Source of the DNA: Dactylosporangium sp.
Lineage (GTDB): Bacteria; Actinomycetota; Actinomycetes; Mycobacteriales; Micromonosporaceae
DNA: 52,154 nt
Direction of reading: 5' to 3'
Assembly (NCBI GenBank): GCA_025965915.1
Contig: JAOPWA010000079.1
Coordinates: 1-52,154 of the forward strand
Below are positions 31,079-40,090 of the stretch, one piece after another (position 1 is the first letter of the stretch; each line of letters begins with the position of its first letter). The position numbers and the translations under genes are program-made. A model generated the notes under the pieces. It did not search any database. It was not told the origin of the DNA and saw only the letters and a list, made by a program, of their open reading frames with translations.

Positions 31079-32137
31079 TCAGCCGGCAAACGTCTCCGTT
31101 GTTACGGCGGTAGGTCCGCCGGGCCGATCGGCCTCAATGGCCGATGGCTCCGGGACCATCCCTGCCGCGGCCGTCCGGGCGGTCTCGGCGAGTACGACGC
31201 CGGCGAGGATGAGCGCGGCGCCCGCCAACTGGAACAGGGTGAGCGCCTCGCCCAGAGCGAACCAGGCGACCGCACCGGCAAAGACCGGCTCCACCATCCC
31301 AACGATGCCGGTGCTGGTGGGCGGCAGGTGCCGCAACGCGGCCGAGACCAGCAGGTACGGCACGATCGAACCGAGGACCACCACGTAGCAGCACAGCAGC
31401 CAGACGGGCAGCCCGCCGCTGGAGACTCCCAGCAGATGCGCGGGGAAACGCCACCACGGTCGGATGACGGCGCCCGCGGCTGCTGCGAAGCCGAATGCCA
31501 GGCAGGTCAGCGACAGCGGGTCGCGGCGGGCCGCGCCGTGCCCGCCGATCACGTAGTAGACGGCGAGCAGGGCCGCCGCACCGAGGCCCGCGACGATACC
31601 GACGGGATTCAGGCGCAGATCGCCCCAGATCTCCGCGACACCCGCCAGCCCCGCGAGGCTCAGGCTCAGACCGATCCACAACTGCGGGCGTACCGGCTGG
31701 TGCTGCCCGAACCTGGCCCACAGCGCGACGAGCAGCGGTGCGGTGTACTCGAACAGCAGCGCGATGCCCACCGGCAGCCGACTGATCGAGATGAAGTACA
31801 GCAGGGGTACGAGTAGGAAGCCGGCCAGCCCGTACCCGAGCAGCAGTGGAAGTTCGCGGCGGGTGAAGCGCAGGCGGCGGGCGCCGAGCGTGAGGGCCAG
31901 CGCGAGGAGACCGACGAACGCGCCGGTGGCCCGCAGCGTGGTGAGCTGCAGAGGATCCATCCCGGCGCGCAGGACCAGCTTGGAGACGGTGCCGTTGACC
32001 GCGAACAGGGCACCGGAGGCGACCACCATGGCGGCCCCCAGAGCGGGACGGGCGGTCAAGACAGCGTCTCTGGTTTCCTGTGCGCTCCGGTGCCGGGAGT
32101 GGCGCCGGTTTTCTCTGTCGTGCCGCGCACCCGGCAT
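31079..32137 (-). CDS. EamA/DMT family transporter
   Basis: About 10 TM segments, ALLFEYTAP and GMVEPV; start uncertain (a TTG at 32059 is possible). Confidence 0.88.
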   Translation of the reverse strand: MPGARHDRENRRHSRHRSAQETRDAVLTARPALGAAMVVASGALFAVNGTVSKLVLRAGMDPLQLTTLRATGAFVGLLALALTLGARRLRFTRRELPLLLGYGLAGFLLVPLLYFISISRLPVGIALLFEYTAPLLVALWARFGQHQPVRPQLWIGLSLSLAGLAGVAEIWGDLRLNPVGIVAGLGAAALLAVYYVIGGHGAARRDPLSLTCLAFGFAAAAGAVIRPWWRFPAHLLGVSSGGLPVWLLCCYVVVLGSIVPYLLVSAALRHLPPTSTGIVGMVEPVFAGAVAWFALGEALTLFQLAGAALILAGVVLAETARTAAAGMVPEPSAIEADRPGGPTAVTTETFAG

Positions 32138-32249
32138 CCTCCCGTGGTCTCCGGCGGCGCCGTGCCGCGTCCGTGGGCGTACAGCACACCACATGTCCGG
32201 CCCGCCCTAGATCATGGGACTCCTGCCGGTCGCCGTCCGATCAGGCGGG

Positions 32250-32265
32250 TCGAACCTCTGTTCTA
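32250..32265. promoter_or_regulatory. LexA (SOS) box, distal
   Basis: TCGAAC-CTCT-GTTCTA, one mismatch from the actinobacterial TCGAAC-N4-GTTCGA consensus. Confidence 0.75.
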
Positions 32266-32323
32266 AAAATCTCCCCTGAGCATTGAGTTTTTGTCGGGCC
32301 CCCGGTGTAGTGTTGGCCATAGT

Positions 32324-32339
32324 TCGAACACTAGTTCGA
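32324..32339. promoter_or_regulatory. LexA (SOS) box, proximal
   Basis: TCGAAC-ACTA-GTTCGA perfect match, extended palindrome 32321-32342; upstream of the imuA-imuB-dnaE2 operon. Confidence 0.93.
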
Positions 32340-32344
32340 ACTGC

Positions 32345-32548
32345 TCGGAAGGGACGATTCGCGGCGCCCCTTCCGAAAGCGGTTCGCGATACCGCTCGAG
32401 GCCCGGTCATCGCGGGCCGGCCTCACAGCGGGACCGTCAGCCGCCGCCCCCGACCCCCGGGCGGCGGCTGACGGTCCGCTGGCCGGGCCTGGTGTGGGGA
32501 AGCTCCATGCCCGGCCAGACACGCTGCTGCGTCTTCCTCCGCAGCGGC
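32345..32548 (+). ncRNA. candidate structured 5' leader or sRNA (six hairpins)
   Basis: Stems at 32345-32376, 32378-32396, 32398-32424, 32431-32477 (19 bp), 32479-32518 and 32523-32548. Confidence 0.45.
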
Positions 32549-32595
32549 CTTCGACGCAGCGCCTTCGACAACCATGCGCACCTGAGGGAGACCTG

Positions 32596-33093
32596 ATGCC
32601 GACCCGACCCAACGCCATTCCCGGTCCCAGGTCCGTGACCGCCCAGGACGGGCGCCAGGAGCTACCCGTCCCCGCGCATGCGCTTCCCCATCGCACCCCC
32701 CGGGAACTGCTCTCGCTGGCCCGGCAAGGGCTGGAGGAGGCGGCCGAGACCCGCCAGGACGGGCTGCGCTACGCCACCGCGCATCTTGCCGCGTTGCGTG
32801 CCGCCGCCGCCGTGCTCGCTGCCCGGGCGCGTCCCGCACCCGGTCGGCGCAGTCGCCTCACCAGTGTCTGGTCGCTGCTGGTCCTGGTCGCGCCGGAGCT
32901 GAGCGAATGGGCCTCCTTCTTCGCCGCCGGAGCCACGAAGCGGTCCGCCGCCGAGGCCGGCATCCCCCGGGTGGTAACCGCCCGGGAGGCCGACGACCTG
33001 ATACGCGCCGCCGAGCAGTTCATCGCGGTCGTGGAAGTCGGGCTCGGCTTGTCCTACCAGTCGCTGTCGGACGGCAGTCGCCTGGCCAGCTGA
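32596..33093 (+). CDS. SAV_6107 family HEPN domain protein
   Basis: RYATAHLAALRAAAAVLAARARP, WSLL..VAPELSEWA.FFAAGA.KR.AAEAG and READDL; RBS gagggag. Confidence 0.88.
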   Translation: MPTRPNAIPGPRSVTAQDGRQELPVPAHALPHRTPRELLSLARQGLEEAAETRQDGLRYATAHLAALRAAAAVLAARARPAPGRRSRLTSVWSLLVLVAPELSEWASFFAAGATKRSAAEAGIPRVVTAREADDLIRAAEQFIAVVEVGLGLSYQSLSDGSRLAS

Positions 33094-33163
33094 CGCCCCG
33101 CGCTACTCATGTCACCCGGGCTGGGGGGCTCGGAGCAGGAACATCAACGGGGGGAGAGCGGCG

Positions 33164-34123
33164 GTGGCCGGCTTATCGACAGCAACTTCGCCGGCAGTAG
33201 CTCCGCTGGCGGCAACGCCGACGTCTGAAGCGCTGAGGCCTGAAGCGCTGAGGCCTGAAGCGCCGACGTCGGTGACGCCGACGTCTGAAGCGCCGACGTC
33301 GGGCGAGCGATCCGGCAAGGGGCTGGCCATCCTGCGGGCGGCCGCTCTAACCGGCACGGTCCGGCGGGCCAGCGACGGTGGGGTCGGCGCGCTCGGCAGC
33401 GAACGGCTCCTGCCGGTCCTGCCCGAGTTACGGGCGCTGCTGCCCGGCCGGGGGCTGCGCCGCGGCGCCACGGTCTCGGTCGCCACCATCGGCGCCGCTC
33501 CTGACTCCCCCGTTGAGGGCTCCGCCCGGCAGGTCCGGTCCACCGGCGCCACCTCTCTTCTTCTCGCGCTTCTCGCCGCCGCGTCGGGAGCCGGCTCGTG
33601 GTGCGCGGTCGTCGGGGTGCCCACGCTCGGCGCGGTCGCCGCCGCCGAGGCGGGTATCGCCCTCGACCGGCTGGCCCTCGTGCCCCATCCGGGCCCCGAC
33701 TGGACCACGGTCGTCGCGGCGCTGCTCGACGGCGTCGACATCGTGGTAGCCGCGCCGCCCGGCCCGATCGCCCCGTCGACGGCAAACCGGCTTGCTGCCC
33801 GGGCCCGGCAGCGCGGCAGCGTGCTCGTGTCATACGGGCGGTGGGACGGCGCAGACATCACCTTCGACGCGGTACGCGGGGTGTGGCAGGGGCTCGGCCA
33901 GGGCCATGGTCGCCTGCGCTGCCGGCAGCTCACCATCATGGCGCGTGGGCGCGGGGCAGCCGCCGCACTCAAGCGCACCGAGGTGTGGTGGCCCAAGGCA
34001 TCCGGGCCGCTGGCCGGACACCTGGAGCGATCGTTGGCGCTCGAGCCGTTAGCGGGAGAGCGGGATCGTGACGTTGCGTCCGCGGGAGAGCGGGATCGTG
34101 ACGTTCTCCGGGCGACTGGATAA
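33164..34123 (+). CDS. imuA: ImuA'-like RecA-family mutasome protein
   Basis: LPVLPELRALLPGRGLRRG, AAAEAGIALDRLALVP, LLDGVDIVV and RLAARARQRG; upstream of imuB-dnaE2. Confidence 0.82.
   Translation: MAGLSTATSPAVAPLAATPTSEALRPEALRPEAPTSVTPTSEAPTSGERSGKGLAILRAAALTGTVRRASDGGVGALGSERLLPVLPELRALLPGRGLRRGATVSVATIGAAPDSPVEGSARQVRSTGATSLLLALLAAASGAGSWCAVVGVPTLGAVAAAEAGIALDRLALVPHPGPDWTTVVAALLDGVDIVVAAPPGPIAPSTANRLAARARQRGSVLVSYGRWDGADITFDAVRGVWQGLGQGHGRLRCRQLTIMARGRGAAAALKRTEVWWPKASGPLAGHLERSLALEPLAGERDRDVASAGERDRDVLRATG
33211..33300. repeat. 15-bp in-frame tandem repeat x6 in the imuA N-terminus
   Basis: tgaagcgctgaggcc x2, tgaagcgccgacgtc x2 and variants; also a 30-bp duplication at 34052-34111 (AGERDRDV). 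Confidence 0.9.
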
Positions 34124-34129
34124 GCGGGC

Positions 34130-35662
34130 GTGCGGACGCTGGTGCTGTGGTGTCCGGACTGGCCGGTGATCGCCGCCGAGATCATCGAGGGTGTCCCCGC
34201 ACGCGGGCCGGTAGCTGTCATGCACTCCAACCGGGTGCTCGCCTGCTCCCAGGCCGCCCGTGCTGACGGGGTCCGGCGGGGACTGCGTCGGAGGGAGGCG
34301 CAGGGGCGCTGCCCGGAGCTGGTCATCGTCGAACACGACACCGGTCGTGACACCCGCGCGTTCGAGCCGGTGCTGGCCGCGGTCGAGCAACTCGCCGCTG
34401 GCGTCGAGGTCGTCCGGCCCGGGGTCTGCGGGCTCGCCGCGCGGGGCCCGGCCCGGTACTTCGGGGGCGAGGAAGTGGTCGCCGAGATGCTGGTCGAACA
34501 CGTCGCGCAGGTGTGTGACGTCGAGGCACAGGCCGGCATCGCCGACGGGGTGTTCGCCGCGACCCTAGCCGCGCGCGCCGGCCGGCTGATCCCTCCCGCC
34601 GCGACGGTGCCCTTCCTCGCCGGCCTCGACGTCGCGGCGCTGGGCCGGCCCAGCCTGGCCGACCTGCTGCGACGGCTGGGCATCCACACCCTCGGCGACT
34701 TCGCCGCGCTGCCCGCGGGCGACGTGCTCGCACGGTTCGGGTTCGACGCGGCGCTGGCCCACCAGCTCGCCGCCGGGCGTGACGAGCGGCCGCTCGCCCC
34801 CCGCCAACCGCCCCCCGACCTCGATGTGGCGCAAGCGTTCGATGAGCCCGTCGACCGGGTCGACGCCGCCGCGTTCGCCGCCCGGGCTCTCGCCGAGCGG
34901 CTGCACCAGCGCCTCGCCGCGCACGGGCTGGGCTGCACCCGACTGGGGATCGAGGCGCGCACGGTGCACGGCGAAGAGCTGCACCGCACCTGGCGGCACG
35001 ACGGGCTGCTGAGCGCCGCCGGCATCGCAGACCGGGTGCGTTGGCAGCTCGACGGCTGGCTGACCACGGCGGGAAAGCGTTCCGTGCCAACCTCAGCGAT
35101 CACCCGGCTGCGTCTGATCCCCGACGGGGTGGTCGAGCACGCTGGCCTGCAACTCGGGCTGTGGGGCGAGGCGGGCGAGGAGCGCGGCCGGGCACACCGG
35201 GCCCTGACCCGTGTACAGGGCCTGCTCGGGCCGGAGGCCGTCGTGCTCGCCGAGCTCGGGGGCGGGCGGTCCGCGGCCGACCGGGTCCGGTTGGTGCCCT
35301 GGGGCGACGAACGTACCGTCATCGGGCCCGGTGAACCGCCCTGGCCGGGCAGGTTGCCGGCGCCCGCCCCGGCGACGGTCCTGCCCGAGCCGCTGCCCGC
35401 CAGCGTCACCACGGCCGACGGTACGCCGGTCGGGGTCACCGGGCGGCTGGCCGTGACCGGTGAGCCGGCCCTGGTCACCGTCGGCAACGCCCGGCCGGTG
35501 GAGGTGTGGGGCTGGGCCGGTCCGTGGCCGGTCGACGAGCACTGGTGGGCGCCGGACGAGGCCGACCGGCGGGTGCGGTTCCAGATGCTGCTCGCCGACG
35601 GTCAGGCCCTGCTGCTGGCGCTGTCCGGCGGCCGATGGGTGCTGGAGGCCGTCTATGACTAG
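34130..35662 (+). CDS. imuB: ImuB (inactive Y-family polymerase)
   Basis: LWCPDWP start with no catalytic DMD/DE, QLGLW clamp-binding-like motif, WAGPWPVDEHWW and YD end. Confidence 0.92.
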   Translation: MRTLVLWCPDWPVIAAEIIEGVPARGPVAVMHSNRVLACSQAARADGVRRGLRRREAQGRCPELVIVEHDTGRDTRAFEPVLAAVEQLAAGVEVVRPGVCGLAARGPARYFGGEEVVAEMLVEHVAQVCDVEAQAGIADGVFAATLAARAGRLIPPAATVPFLAGLDVAALGRPSLADLLRRLGIHTLGDFAALPAGDVLARFGFDAALAHQLAAGRDERPLAPRQPPPDLDVAQAFDEPVDRVDAAAFAARALAERLHQRLAAHGLGCTRLGIEARTVHGEELHRTWRHDGLLSAAGIADRVRWQLDGWLTTAGKRSVPTSAITRLRLIPDGVVEHAGLQLGLWGEAGEERGRAHRALTRVQGLLGPEAVVLAELGGGRSAADRVRLVPWGDERTVIGPGEPPWPGRLPAPAPATVLPEPLPASVTTADGTPVGVTGRLAVTGEPALVTVGNARPVEVWGWAGPWPVDEHWWAPDEADRRVRFQMLLADGQALLLALSGGRWVLEAVYD

Positions 35663-35670
35663 GGGTGAGC

Positions 35671-38600
35671 ATGGGCTTCAGTAACCTGGACGTGCCCTGG
35701 TCTCGGATGGAGCGGGTGCTGTCCGGGCGCCCCGATCCGAAGCGGCCGTACGTGGTGGACCCGCTCGCCGTCGACGCCGACGGCGGGGACTCGCCGGCCT
35801 GGACGCGCAAGCGGCACAAGTACACCGCGCCAGCGGAACTGGCGGCCAACGAGCACGCGCCGTCGGTGGACCGCCCCGACGGCACCGTTGCCTATGCCGA
35901 GCTGCACTGCCACTCCAACTTCAGCTTCCTCGACGGAGCCAGCCACCCCGAGGAGCTGGCCGAGCAGGCCGCCCGCCTGGGCCTCGAAGCGGTGGCGATC
36001 ACCGACCACGACGGGTTCTACGGCGTGGTGCGCTTCGCCGAGGCGGCCCACGCACTGGACATCAAGACCATCTTCGGGGCGGAGCTGTCGCTGGGCCTGC
36101 CCGGCCCGCAGAACGGCGAGCCCGATCCGGTCGGTCGGCACCTGCTTCTGCTCGCGCGCGGGCCGGTCGGCTATGCCCGGCTGTCCCGCGTCATGTCGGA
36201 GGCGCACCTGCGGGGCGGGGAAAAGGGCAGGCCGGTGTACGACCTGGAGGAGGTCGCGGAGAAACTGCGCGGCCACGTACTCGTGCTCACCGGTTGTCGC
36301 AAGGGCCACGTGCCCGCCGCGCTGCTCACCGACGGGGTCGAGGCCGCCGCGGCGGAACTGGACCGGTTGAGTGCCCTGTTCGGCGCCGAGCACGTCGCCG
36401 TCGAGCTGACCCACCACGCCCACCCGGGAGACGACGAGCGCAATGACGCCCTCGCCGCCCTCGCCAAAGACGCCGGCCTACCGACCGTCGCCACCAACAA
36501 TGTGCACTACGCGACACCGGGGCGCCGGCGCCTGGCCGCTGCTCTGGCCGCGGTCCGCGCAAGACGCAGTCTGGACGAGATCGACGGTTGGCTGCCCGCC
36601 GCGGGTACGGCATACCTGCGCAGCGGCGCGGAGATGGCCGACCGCTTCGCCGGGTATCCGGGGGTGGTCGAGCGGGCCGCCGCCTTCGGTCGTGAGCTGT
36701 CCTTCGACCTCAAGCTGGTCGCACCGCGGCTGCCCGACTACGCGGTACCCGAACCGGGCCTGTCCGAAATGGACTGGCTGCGACGGGTGACGATGCGCGG
36801 CGCGGCCCGCCGGTACGGCACCCGGGAGAAGAACCCGGACGCCTACCGGCAGCTCGAACGCGAGCTCGACATGATCGAGAAGTTGAACTTCCCCGGTTAC
36901 TTCCTGATCGTCTACGACATCATCGAGATCTGCCGGCGCAAGGACATCTTCTGCCAGGGACGCGGGTCGGCGGCCAACTCCGCGGTCTGTTACGCGCTCG
37001 GCATCACGAACGTCGACGCGGTCGAGCACGGGCTGCTGTTCGAGCGGTTCCTGTCCGAGCAGCGCGACGGGCCGCCCGACATCGACGTCGACATCGAGTC
37101 CGACCGGCGCGAAGAGGTCATCCAGGCGGTCTACGAAAAGTACGGTCGCCACCACACCGCCCAGGTCGCCAACGTCATCTCCTACCGGCCGAAATCGGCG
37201 GTACGCGACATCGCCAAGGCGTTCGGATACTCGCCGGGCCAGCAGGACGCGTGGAGCAAGCAGATCGACCGGTGGGGGCCGGTGGCGATAGCCGAGAACG
37301 AGGAGATTCCGGGGCCGGTCGTCGAGTACGCGAACCAGCTTTTGACCTTCCCCCGGCACCTGGGTATCCACTCCGGCGGCATGGTCATCTGCGATCGGCC
37401 GGTGATCGAGGTGTGTCCGGTCGAGCACGCCCGCATGGAAAACCGCACCGTCCTGCAGTGGGACAAGGACGACTGCGCGTCGGTGGGGCTGGTCAAGTTC
37501 GACCTGCTGGGGCTGGGCATGCTGTCGGCCCTGCATTACGCGTACGACATGATCGGCCTGCGCTGGAATCTGTCCACAATGGACCTGACCGACCCCGAGG
37601 TCTACGAGATGCTCTGCCGCGCCGACTCGGTCGGGGTGTTCCAGGTGGAGAGCCGGGCGCAGATGGCCACCCTGCCCCGCCTCAAGCCCCGCAAGTTCTA
37701 CGACCTGGTCGTCGAGGTGGCGCTGATCCGGCCCGGGCCGATCCAGGGCGGCTCGGTGCACCCGTACATCCGGCGGGCGAACGGTCTGGAAGCGCCGACC
37801 GTTGCGCATCCGCTCCTGGAGAACGCGCTGTCGAAGACGCTGGGGGTGCCGCTGTTTCAGGAGCAGCTCATGCAGATGGCCATCGACGTGGCCGGGTTCA
37901 CGCCGCAGGAGTCCGACGAATTGCGCCGGGCCATGGGATCCAAGCGCTCCATGGAACGGATGACAGCCGTCCGGGACCGGCTGTACAAGGGCATGGCGGC
38001 CAACGGCATCACCGGTGAGCTCGCCGACGACCTGTACAACAAGCTGTCCGCCTTCGCCAACTACGGCTTTCCGGAAAGCCACGCGATGAGCTTCGCCTAC
38101 CTGGTGTATGCCAGTGCCTGGCTCAAGCGGTATCACCCGGCGGCATTCTGTGCGGCGCTCCTCAACGCCCAGCCGATGGGTTTCTACTCTCCGCAGTCCC
38201 TGGTGGATGACGCGCGCCGGCACGGGGTGACGGCCCGGCGGCCGGACATCAACGCCAGCAACGCTTTCGCGGTGCTCGAACCACCGGTGCTCGGCGAGGT
38301 CCCTGGCCCCGAGCCGCATCAGTGGGGACTCGGCGGGCCGGTGGTCCGGCTGGGACTGGGCGCCGTCCGTACCCTCGGGGTCGGGGTGGCCGACCGAATC
38401 GAAGCGCGACGTGTCGACGGCGGTCCCTACCGCGACATGGCTGATCTGGTCCGTAGGGCGGGATTGTCCACCGCACACCTGGAGGCGCTCGCGACGGCGG
38501 ACGCCTTCGCGTGCTTCGGACTGTCGCGGCGGGAGGCGCTGTGGGCGGCGGGTGCCGCGGCCCAGGAGCGCTCGGATCGGCTGCCGGGAACAACGACCGG

Positions 38601-39039
38601 TATCGAGGCGCCGATGCTGCCCGGTATGGACGCGGTCGAGCGGATGGTCGCCGACGTATGGGCCACCGGGCTCGCGCCGGACGCGCACCCCGCCCAGTTC
38701 GCGCGTTCTTTTTTGGATCAGATCGGGGCGGTGCCGGTCGCGCGACTTCACACGCTGGAACATGGGCGGCGGGTGTTCGTCGGAGGCATCGTCACCCACC
38801 GGCAGCGGCCCGCGACCGCGGGCGGCGTCACGTTCGTCAACCTCGAAGACGAGACCGGCATGCTCAACGTCACCTGCTCGCCGGGGCTGTGGCAGCGCCA
38901 CCGTCGGGTGGCCCGCATGTCGTCCGCGCTTGTCGTGCGAGGCATCCTCGAACGGGTCGAGGGCGTGGTCAACCTACGCGCGGATCACCTGGCGCCGCTG
39001 ACCCTGTCCGTACGTCCGGGGTCGCGTGACTTCCGCTGA
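35671..39039 (+). CDS. dnaE2: error-prone DNA polymerase DnaE2
   Basis: YAELHCHSNFSFLDGAS, GRGSAANS, PPDIDVD and C-terminal SRDFR signature. Confidence 0.97.
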   Translation: MGFSNLDVPWSRMERVLSGRPDPKRPYVVDPLAVDADGGDSPAWTRKRHKYTAPAELAANEHAPSVDRPDGTVAYAELHCHSNFSFLDGASHPEELAEQAARLGLEAVAITDHDGFYGVVRFAEAAHALDIKTIFGAELSLGLPGPQNGEPDPVGRHLLLLARGPVGYARLSRVMSEAHLRGGEKGRPVYDLEEVAEKLRGHVLVLTGCRKGHVPAALLTDGVEAAAAELDRLSALFGAEHVAVELTHHAHPGDDERNDALAALAKDAGLPTVATNNVHYATPGRRRLAAALAAVRARRSLDEIDGWLPAAGTAYLRSGAEMADRFAGYPGVVERAAAFGRELSFDLKLVAPRLPDYAVPEPGLSEMDWLRRVTMRGAARRYGTREKNPDAYRQLERELDMIEKLNFPGYFLIVYDIIEICRRKDIFCQGRGSAANSAVCYALGITNVDAVEHGLLFERFLSEQRDGPPDIDVDIESDRREEVIQAVYEKYGRHHTAQVANVISYRPKSAVRDIAKAFGYSPGQQDAWSKQIDRWGPVAIAENEEIPGPVVEYANQLLTFPRHLGIHSGGMVICDRPVIEVCPVEHARMENRTVLQWDKDDCASVGLVKFDLLGLGMLSALHYAYDMIGLRWNLSTMDLTDPEVYEMLCRADSVGVFQVESRAQMATLPRLKPRKFYDLVVEVALIRPGPIQGGSVHPYIRRANGLEAPTVAHPLLENALSKTLGVPLFQEQLMQMAIDVAGFTPQESDELRRAMGSKRSMERMTAVRDRLYKGMAANGITGELADDLYNKLSAFANYGFPESHAMSFAYLVYASAWLKRYHPAAFCAALLNAQPMGFYSPQSLVDDARRHGVTARRPDINASNAFAVLEPPVLGEVPGPEPHQWGLGGPVVRLGLGAVRTLGVGVADRIEARRVDGGPYRDMADLVRRAGLSTAHLEALATADAFACFGLSRREALWAAGAAAQERSDRLPGTTTGIEAPMLPGMDAVERMVADVWATGLAPDAHPAQFARSFLDQIGAVPVARLHTLEHGRRVFVGGIVTHRQRPATAGGVTFVNLEDETGMLNVTCSPGLWQRHRRVARMSSALVVRGILERVEGVVNLRADHLAPLTLSVRPGSRDFR

Positions 39040-39502
39040 CGACGTGCGGTTCTGTTCTGTTCTGTTCGGCGATGGCGTCCTCGATGTTTCCCGCCATGAC
39101 CGACAGGATCCGGACGGTCTCGGTGTACTGCTGCGGAGTCAGTCCTCGCAGTAGCTGGCCGCGAGCCTCGCGGATGCGGGCCGCGACGGTGGCGTGCGCC
39201 GTGCGCCCCTGCTCGGTCAGCCCCAGTGCGCCGCCGGCTGTCCCGTACCGCACCCATCCGCGGGTGACCAGGCCTTCCGGGCCGTCGAGGAGGGCGTCGA
39301 GGCGGAGGGCGGCGTCCTGCCAGAACGGTGCCAAGGCCTGCTCGAGCTGTGCGGGGGTATGCGCTCCGTGGCTGAGCAGGTTCATGAGCTGCCAGTGCCG
39401 GCGGCCCACGCCGAGATCGGCCAGGGCCACGTCGAACTGCGCCTCGATCAGGTTGTGCAGATGCTTGAGCCAGTAGCCGATCGGCTTGTCGACCGCGTTC
39501 AT
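38969..39502 (-). CDS. MarR-like winged-helix protein; 3' end overlaps dnaE2
   Basis: KPIGYWLKHLH, LGVGRRHWQLMNLL and LTEQGR; stop lies 71 bp inside dnaE2. Confidence 0.82.
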   Translation of the reverse strand: MNAVDKPIGYWLKHLHNLIEAQFDVALADLGVGRRHWQLMNLLSHGAHTPAQLEQALAPFWQDAALRLDALLDGPEGLVTRGWVRYGTAGGALGLTEQGRTAHATVAARIREARGQLLRGLTPQQYTETVRILSVMAGNIEDAIAEQNRTEPHVVSGSHATPDVRTGSAAPGDPRVG

Positions 39503-39562
39503 GACGATCCCCATTGCATGTAAACTAGCATGTAGTTGCTATTTACTATGGACTGGGAAGCC

Positions 39563-40090
39563 ATGCATGACAAGCCCGCATCCGGTGTGCCGGACCACGG
39601 TGGGGAAGCGGCCGCGATCGCGCGTGCCATGGTGGCAATTCGTCGAGCGCAGACCCGCCGCGCCCTGAGCCGACTCTCCGCGAGGCGCGGCGTTCGCGCT
39701 CGCCGCGACGCCACGCTGCCCAACGCGATCTTCGAGCTGCTCGACGTCGTCGATGCCGCCACCGTCCACGGCGGCGCGCTCACGGTCACTGAGGCGGCCG
39801 CCGCGTTGGGAGTCGACCAACCGCGCGCCAGCCGCCTGACCGCCCAGGCCATGGACGCCGACCTACTGCGCCGCGCTGCCGACCAGGCGGACGGCCGCCG
39901 TTCCTTGCTGATCCTCACGCCGAGCGGACGCGATGCGCTCGACCGGATTCAGGCCTTCCGTCAGCACGTGATCGCTGAAGCCACGACCGACTGGAGTACC
40001 GAGGACCGCGCAACCCTGGCCCGCCTGCTCACCCGCTTCGTCGACGACTTCACCGCCATCGCCGACCCCAAGGACGCCGAGGAGCGCTGA
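39563..40090 (+). CDS. MarR family transcriptional regulator
   Basis: TVTEAAAALGVDQPRASRL and DQADGRRSLLILTPSG; start uncertain. Confidence 0.88.
   Translation: MHDKPASGVPDHGGEAAAIARAMVAIRRAQTRRALSRLSARRGVRARRDATLPNAIFELLDVVDAATVHGGALTVTEAAAALGVDQPRASRLTAQAMDADLLRRAADQADGRRSLLILTPSGRDALDRIQAFRQHVIAEATTDWSTEDRATLARLLTRFVDDFTAIADPKDAEER

Noticed and set aside
32431-32477. Canonical 6C RNA
   Set aside because: Only one C-rich loop here rather than the tandem pair; retained as part of the leader finding
33164-34123. Three TTA codons in imuA as bldA-type control
   Set aside because: Two lie in poorly conserved termini, and TTA regulation is not established for this lineage
36478-38901. 807-aa minus-strand ORF and similar long antisense ORFs across the window
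   Set aside because: Shadow ORFs of real genes, expected in high-GC DNA; no protein motifs
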